DNA of 64,000 bases from NCBI GenBank assembly GCA_043823005.1, contig JBDRBG010000013.1, forward strand, positions 25,233-89,232, read 5' to 3'. Source of the stretch: Candidatus Omnitrophota bacterium. Its GTDB lineage: Bacteria; Omnitrophota; Gorgyraeia; Tantalellales; Tantalellaceae. Shown here piece after piece: positions 44,901 through 51,626 of the stretch. The stretch's first letter is position 1. Every line of letters begins with the position of its first letter. The notes under the pieces are model-generated. The model was given only the letters and a program-made list of their open reading frames with translations, was not told where the DNA came from and searched no databases. A program made the translations under genes and the position numbers.

Positions 44901-47900
44901 AAAAGACATACAAGCTTTGTCTGACAAAGAACTGGCGCTAAAAACGCAAGAGTTCAAATTAAAATTAAAAGACAAAACGACACTTGATGATATTTTACTC
45001 GAAGCTTTTGCTGTTGTCAGGGAAACTGCCTGGCGTGTAATCGGCAAAAAACCTTATGATGAACAAATATTAGCCGGGATCGCTATACACGAAGGCAAAG
45101 CAGTGGAAATGATATCAGGCGAAGGCAAGACTTTAGCCGCAATTATGCCCGCGTATTTAAATGCGTTAACGGAAAAAGGCGTACATATACATACAGTTAA
45201 TGATTATTTAGCTAAAAGAGACGCAAATCTTATGGGACAGGTGTTTGATTTTCTTGGATTACGGACAGGGGTCATTGTGCAGGGTAAATCATATTTATTT
45301 GATAAACAACTTAAGCGTACAAGAGAAGAAGATTTTAATTTTCTTAGACAATCCAACAGGGCTATCATGATGACCAAAAAAGACGCGTATGAGGCAGATA
45401 TCGTATACGGATATAACAGGGAACTGGCGTTTGATCATTTACGCGATAATTTAATACATAAAGCAACCGCGAGAGTGAACGGAAGATCTCCGGTGCTTAC
45501 AATTGTGGACGAAGGAGACAGCATCTTAATCGATGAAAATATAGAACCTTTAGTAATATCCATACCTAGGACAGATAATCTTTTAAAATATATATTTAGA
45601 GAGGTTTATAAGTTTTCCAAGAACTTGGTTTATGGAATAGACTACGAAATAAATAGTTTAGAAAAAATAGCTATTTTAACCGAAAAAGGGAAAGAACGGA
45701 TTAAAGACTATATAAAGGAGAATCAGTACTTAAGCAATATGGATATTTATTTATTAATTGATTTTACGGAAAACGCGATAGCAAGTGAACTGTATGTGAA
45801 AGATGTAGATTATGTGGTAGAAAAAAACAATGCCGGCGAACAAGAAATAGTTGCTTATGATGAAATTTCGGGAAAATTAAAATCTCAAAGTGTATGGGAA
45901 AAGGGATTACAGCAGTTTATTGAATTAAAAGAAGACTGCATTCTTACAGCTGTCTCACCTGTTGTAATAGCGATCTGTTATAAGAATTATTATTCTAAAA
46001 TGGAGAAGCTATCCGCGATGAGCGGAACCTTTGAATCCGTGGCCCAGGAAGCAAAGAAATATTACGGTTTAGAATTTTTGAAAATACCTATGCGTAATGA
46101 ATCTCAGAGAAAAGACTTGCCTGATATTATTGTAGCCACTGATAAAGAAAAGTGGACTCTGATAATAAATGATATTTGCGAAAAATACACAAAAGGACAG
46201 CCAGTTTATGTTGGGACGAGGAGCATAAAAGAAGCAAAGTGGCTGAAGGAACAAGTACAAAAGAAAGGGATTCATGCTAATGTTTTTGACGGACTGGATC
46301 CTCGCAATGAAGAAAGAATAATCGGGGATGCCGGCCGGCCCGGGGCTGTAACGATTACAACGCAAATAGGAGGAAGAGGCGTAGACATTGAAGTTCCGGG
46401 TGTTTCGGTGCGAAGAGGAGGGTTGTATGTGATAGGATCTGGTTTGTATAAAGATAAACGGGTAAAAGGCCAGTTGAGATTTCGGACAGGAAGAAACGGA
46501 CAGGTTGGGAGCACGGTATTTTATGTTTCTTTAGAGGAAGAAGATATTGTTTTGTTCGGAGAAGAAGAGCTCATTAACCTCAAGAAGGAAGTAGATTCTT
46601 TGACAAAAATGAGCAGAAAAGAAAGAACAGGGCGGGATGATGTCCGAAGGGATATTTTGAAAAAACAAATAAAACAGAGGGTGGAAACGATCCAAAAACA
46701 GATGCAAGAATATAGGTTTAATATGCGGGAATATGCAATTCAAATAGACGATAGACTAGATTATAAAAGACGATTTTTTTATTGTATGAAAAACATGAAT
46801 AGTCAACGGCATAATTCAGACAAGGGTTTGATAAGATTAAATAGTTTATGGGCATCTTATTTTAGTAATATATGGCCAACAAGAAACAGGATTTCAAAAG
46901 CAAAAAATATACAGGAAGACATTTTTGATAAAGGATTTCAACAAATGATTAGAAAAATAAAACAGGTCCCTTCTTTATATGAAGAACTATGGGATGTAAA
47001 TGTTCCTTCTGGTTTTTATGATTTATTAAAAGATATCAATCGGGAACAGAAAACTCAGGAAATAGGTATTTTTGAAAAAGGAGAGAGAGAGTTTGATTTA
47101 ATAAATAAAACGTGCGGATTTAAATTTAGTATCGGGCAAAGCGGTTATGGTAACACCGTCGAATTATTAAAAAATCGTATGCATGGGATAAAACTACGGG
47201 ATTTCATAACCGCGATAACTCAGGAAACTGAGAAGTTTTTAATATTAAAAGGTTTAGCAGAAACCGGCGGGAAGAAAGAATCGGTTGCAAAATTATTAAA
47301 AATGGGCATTAATACTTTAACTGATCGAATCCAAAAATATCACTTAGAAAAAAGTGAAAGTTTAAAGAAAAATATTAGAAATAACGCAGGCCTTTTGTTT
47401 GAAAATAAACATTTTTATCAAAGGGTTAAATCGATAGTTGAGGAATCTGAAAATTGTCTGATAATGTGTGTTTTAAGAGAACAGGATTTTGATGTAAAAA
47501 AAACAGCTAAAATATTAGATGTCAGTTTAGGGTATATCATTTTTAAAGTTTTAGAGATAAATGCAAAAATAGAGTTTAAAAAAAACCTTTATTGTGACAT
47601 GACAGAAAAGACAGAAGAAGAGAATGAGGAAATGCCTGTTGTGTCCGGTTCGTTTTCACAAAAAGACGTGGCGTATAAGATAGTTATCCAAAACAACGGA
47701 CTTAATATAGAGGGAAAAGATTTTAATATGACAATCTCAACGCCGCGAATAAAACAGTGTTTGCTTTCAATCGCAAATTTTGCAAAAGGGAGGGAAGCTC
47801 AAATAAATTTAATGGAAATAAAAGAGGAAATAGGGAATGAATTAATGAAGAGTATTTTTTGCAAAACTAAAGAGAACAACATGCATAGTTTTGATATTGC

Positions 47901-50718
47901 TCAATTAACGGAAGAAGAAGGAAATGAATTAAAAAGAAGAATAGAGATAGACGGCTTAAGTTCTTTGCAAGGGGCAAAAGAATACACAAGAAATGTGTTT
48001 GTGGTGTTTAAAGGGAAAATAGATCTTTTAGGGCGGAAAGAAGATATAACAACTGCTATAGAAAAATATGTGATTGTGCAAGCTCTTAAGATGGCGCAGG
48101 GTGAAAAAGAATTAGCGGCGCGAAAACTTCTTATTCCGGAAACTGTGCTGTATCCCAAAATAGAACAAATTATGACACCAGGGACTCTGGATAAAACAAC
48201 TGTTAGTATTGAATATGATTTTACGGATCCGGAATTATTTAAAGAAGCTAAGGAAAGAGAAAATTTAGCTATTGAAAGGCAGATCCGGGATTTTTCAAAA
48301 GGGGAAAAAGATACTATTGATTTAAACGAACTCAAGGGATTAATGAAAAGGGAAATAAATTTTGCAATGGTTTCCTGGGCATTGAAACAATCAGGAGGAA
48401 ACAAGGCTAAAGCGGCGGAATTATTAGGTGTTAGCAAAAGGACGTTGTGGAACAAAACAGAAGAGCAGAATCTGGGGTATGCGGATATACAGGAACTAGA
48501 CGCGGTAAGAGCCGTAGAGACATCTGATAAGACTATAACATTAATTGAAAGGGTGCGCAAAACTAACCAAAAACTGGAGGAATATTTGATGGTCCAGGCA
48601 TTAATATTGACAAAAGGAAACAAACAAGAGGCAGCACGTAAATTAGGGATTTCAAGACGTACTTTGTATGACTATTTAGAACGGAGTAACAAGAGAGAAG
48701 ACTATGCCCCAAAAAGCTTTTGCTGTATGAAACAAGATATCGAGTTAGACAAACTTCTAAAAGAGATTAGATGCTATTTTAGGGCGCGAGAACAAGAAGA
48801 ACTTTTAGTTGATTCTAATATGTTGAAAAAAGAATGGCTGAAGGAAGAAAAAATGGAAGAGAGTGTAGCTTTTTTCTTATCTTTTTTTTCTGAAGGAATG
48901 GTAGATATTGTTAATGAGATCAGACAATTTGAAATGAACGCAATAGAGAATATTGATTTGACAAAACTAATACAAAGAATAGCAAACGAAATAGAAGCGA
49001 TGATAATTTCTGAAATATTACATAAAACAAAAGGTCATAGAACTAAAACAGCAGAATTGTTAGAAGTGAGCAGAAGGACGCTTTATGAGAGGATGGAACA
49101 ATGCAAACTGCTTTATCCTGAAAGAACAGCACAATACGCGGAAAAAGCGAAATGGGGCAAAGATGTTCATGTTAAGTTAAAAGATGTGCGGGCAAAGATC
49201 GATGACAAAATGAAAGAATATTTAAGCAGAGTTGCTTTGTTGAAAACCAAAAGGAATCGCACAGCAGCGGCGTGTTGTCTAGGGATTTCCAAACGTACTT
49301 TATATGACTATTTAATTGAAATAAACAGTGCAAGAGGCGACAAAGAGTATTCATTAGCATTTGTTAAAGAATTCAAGAGTTTACCCGTACTGCTAGAAGA
49401 AATCTTACAATGTTTGACGAAACCTTGTTCGCTTGAAAAGAATATATTCCGGGAAGAAATGGATAGCCTTGTCGGCCATGCAAAACCAGAAAAAAAAGAC
49501 ATACTTACTATAGACGAAGCCTATCAATATGTTGCTAAAGCAACAGAAAATATTGATACGGACAAGTCAATGGCTATAACAGAAGAGATTTTAAAGTACC
49601 CAATAAACGATATTTTGGTTGTGGGCACAGGTTTGATCGGGATGTCGTTTTTATTGGCGCTTATGGATAAACAAGTGACTTTTGTGGATCCTTGCGTGGA
49701 CAAGGTCCGGGATATGGAGCGATGGGCTCAAGCAATAGAGCAACAGACAGGACAACCCCTAAACATACAATTTGTTTGCGCATCAATCGATGAAATTAAT
49801 GAACAAAAGTATGATCTTATTACTTTGATTGATTTTGAAGAAAACGCATTAGGTGTCGAATTTGACAAAGCATTATCAAAGGCTCGGGAAATTCTTCGCG
49901 AAAGAGCATATCTTGTAATAGATAGTAACTATAACGGAAAGGGAATAAAAGTTCTAGAGGATTATTTTAAGACCTGGCAAATGTCCGGTAACAATAAGTT
50001 TTATGAGGGGAGAATCTCTAAGTATGCAAAGAACCGGATTGTTTTAGTCGAAAATCCGGAGGTAGCAGAACCAGAGAAAGAGATATTTGAGCAAGAGCAA
50101 AACAGTGCAGGAAAAGATTTTTTTGATGAACTGATTATTCAAGCAATTAAGGCAAAGCGACGCAGAGAAAAAATATTGATAGCTATTGATATAAGCTGGA
50201 TCCCTGAGATGCATCAATCTTTTATGCAGGGGGTTTTAAATCAATTGGCGCGGATATACAGAAAAAAAGGCCTGGATAATGTTTTAATACATAGAAGGCC
50301 TGACGCGGAAAGGACGATAAAGATGATAAAAGACACAATTTTTTATGAAGATATTAAACTATCAAATGTTATAGCTGTTACAGGAAAAGAAACAATAGAA
50401 TCCGGATTTTTTAATGAAATAAGAAGCAGTGAAAATGAAAAAAAAGCGCTTTTACTCGGGATCAGCAATAAGGATTTGAACGGAGAAATTGATTTGGAGG
50501 ATATGGTCAATTATATCGGAATTTTAGAAATGCTTACAGGTGCTTTAAAATTAGTTTCTTGTAAAAAAGAACCGGAATCAATCGAAATTCCCGGTGTCGG
50601 AGAATTTAAAAGAATAACACCGCGTACCTGGGTAGTATTTCCCAAAGAACGCAGACTAGTTGAAGAAGTAAAAAAAGAATATAAAACCCAAAAAAAACAC
50701 ATAAAATCCGCCGCATAA
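35926..50718 (+). CDS. giant multidomain protein (4930 aa): TM N-terminus, tandem ~300-aa repeats, two SecA-like ATPase modules, multiple Fis/NtrC-type HTH modules and a C-terminal Rossmann-like domain
   Basis: Uninterrupted 14.8-kb ORF. SecA hallmarks occur twice ([10 protein letters not shown], GxGKTL, [9 protein letters not shown](R/K)GV(Q/H)IHT(T/V)N(N/D)YLAKRDA, IVDE(A/G)DS(L/I)LIDE, GGRGVDI/GARGVHI, GDPGSSR-like). There are 12 or more HTH units of the form ...TKGN(K/R)[18 protein letters not shown]. Confidence 0.8.
   Translation: [4930 protein letters not shown]
39880..41830 (+). other. SecA-like motor module 1 within the giant ORF (NBD1, NBD2, helical scaffold-like)
   Basis: [13 protein letters not shown]...[16 protein letters not shown]...[37 protein letters not shown]...[12 protein letters not shown]...[10 protein letters not shown]...[21 protein letters not shown]...[12 protein letters not shown]. 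Confidence 0.75.
44870..46790 (+). other. SecA-like motor module 2 within the giant ORF
   Basis: [17 protein letters not shown]...[16 protein letters not shown]...[37 protein letters not shown]...[12 protein letters not shown]...[11 protein letters not shown]...GGLYVIGSG...[27 protein letters not shown]. Confidence 0.75.
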
Positions 50719-50803
50719 ACCCCGGAAATGGGGACGGTTGTTGTATACGCTCAATAATTTGGTAACATTTTTTAAGGGGGCCTTACTGCTAACTTCGTTT
50801 GTC

Positions 50804-50839
50804 GTCATTGCGAGAAGCAAGAGCGACGCGGCAAACTCG
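50804..50839 (+). repeat. family-1 repeat
   Basis: CGTCATTGCGAGAAGCAAGAGCGACGCGGCAAACTCG. Confidence 0.8.
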
Positions 50840-51072
50840 AATGAAAATAGAATAAAGAAAAAAAATTAACCTCAGAGAGCACAGAGACACAGAGGGGGGA
50901 AACAAACTGAGGCGAGAAGAGGGAAAAAAGATATTGTTGGGTTTTGAATAGCTCTGTGACTCAGAGACTCTGTGGAGAAAAATCTGGAAATCGGTCTTTA
51001 AAAAAGCGAATAGTAGTTGGTGCATAGTGGAAAGAGATTGCCGCGGTCGCTCAAGCTCCCTCGCAAAGACGG
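50840..51072 (+). repeat. downstream flank block of the giant gene, homologous to 35338-35686
   Basis: Modules Y and X and an inverted family-1 copy occur in the same order as upstream. Confidence 0.75.
51034..51072 (-). repeat. family-1 repeat, inverted orientation
   Basis: GAGATTGCCGCGGTCGCTCAAGCTCCCTCGCAAAGACGG. Confidence 0.85.
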
Positions 51073-51171
51073 ATGAGGTTCGCTTTCGGACGTGTCCTGC
51101 GCCTGAGCAACGCGAATGGAACAGGGAGATGGCTCCGACTAACGACCCCCGACTAACGACTAACGTGCCGG

Positions 51172-51250
51172 AATGGGGACGTTTCTGAAACTAATCCCAG
51201 ACCCGTCCCAATTTCAATCCCACACCTGTCCCCTAACAGTTGATAGGCAG
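51172..51250 (+). repeat. module Z (AATCCCAGACCCGTCCCAATTTCAATCCCACACCTGTCCCCTAAC)
   Basis: Direct copy of 35463-35550 and inverted copy of 35190-35250. Confidence 0.7.
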
Positions 51251-51358
51251 TTTGTAGATGGTCCTGAAACTGATGCAGTAGATGTCCCTAATATAAAAAT
51301 CACTTGCGTTGTTTAGCGTTATTTGATAGAATCACAGCTTACAAGAATCACATTCTAT

Positions 51359-51433
51359 CGCGGGGTGGAGCAGAGGTAGCTCGTGAGGCTCATAACCTCA
51401 AGGTCGGAGGTTCGATTCCTTCCCCCGCAACCA
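51359..51433 (+). tRNA. initiator tRNA-fMet (anticodon CAT)
   Basis: CGCGGGGTGGAGCAG...GGCTCATAACC...GGTTCGATTCC...CCCCGCAACCA. The C1-A72 mismatch and three G-C pairs in the anticodon stem match bacterial initiator tRNA. Confidence 0.85.
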
Positions 51434-51437
51434 AAAA

Positions 51438-51482
51438 ATAAGGGATTTCAAATATATATTTTTGAAATCCCTTTATTTTTTA
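51438..51482 (+). terminator. rho-independent terminator after tRNA-fMet
   Basis: AGGGATTTCAAA/TTTGAAATCCCT stem followed by a T-run. Confidence 0.7.
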
Positions 51483-51626
51483 AACATTGATACAATAACT
51501 GTGTTAAAGCATATCTGCTTATTTCGATATAAATTGACAGAACTATATTATATATGATATAAAAAATACTCTAGCCAGAGAAGCATATCGCAAATTTTCT
51601 TATTAAAATGAAAGGGAGAAGCAAAG

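Noticed and set aside
47901-48623. 240-aa minus-strand ORF, plus 44359-44781, 41889-42230 and others, inside the giant gene
   Set aside because: Antisense shadows within a 14.8-kb sense ORF whose domains (SecA, HTH) are clearly readable on the plus strand.
35926-50718. Giant ORF as a chimeric mis-assembly of two secA genes
   Set aside because: The frame is continuous with no stops. The two SecA-like modules are clearly diverged from each other, not collapsed identical copies. Neither has a canonical SecA C-terminal zinc-finger tail, and they are separated by about 3 kb of HTH-module sequence. Assembly error cannot be excluded without reads, so this remains the main caveat.
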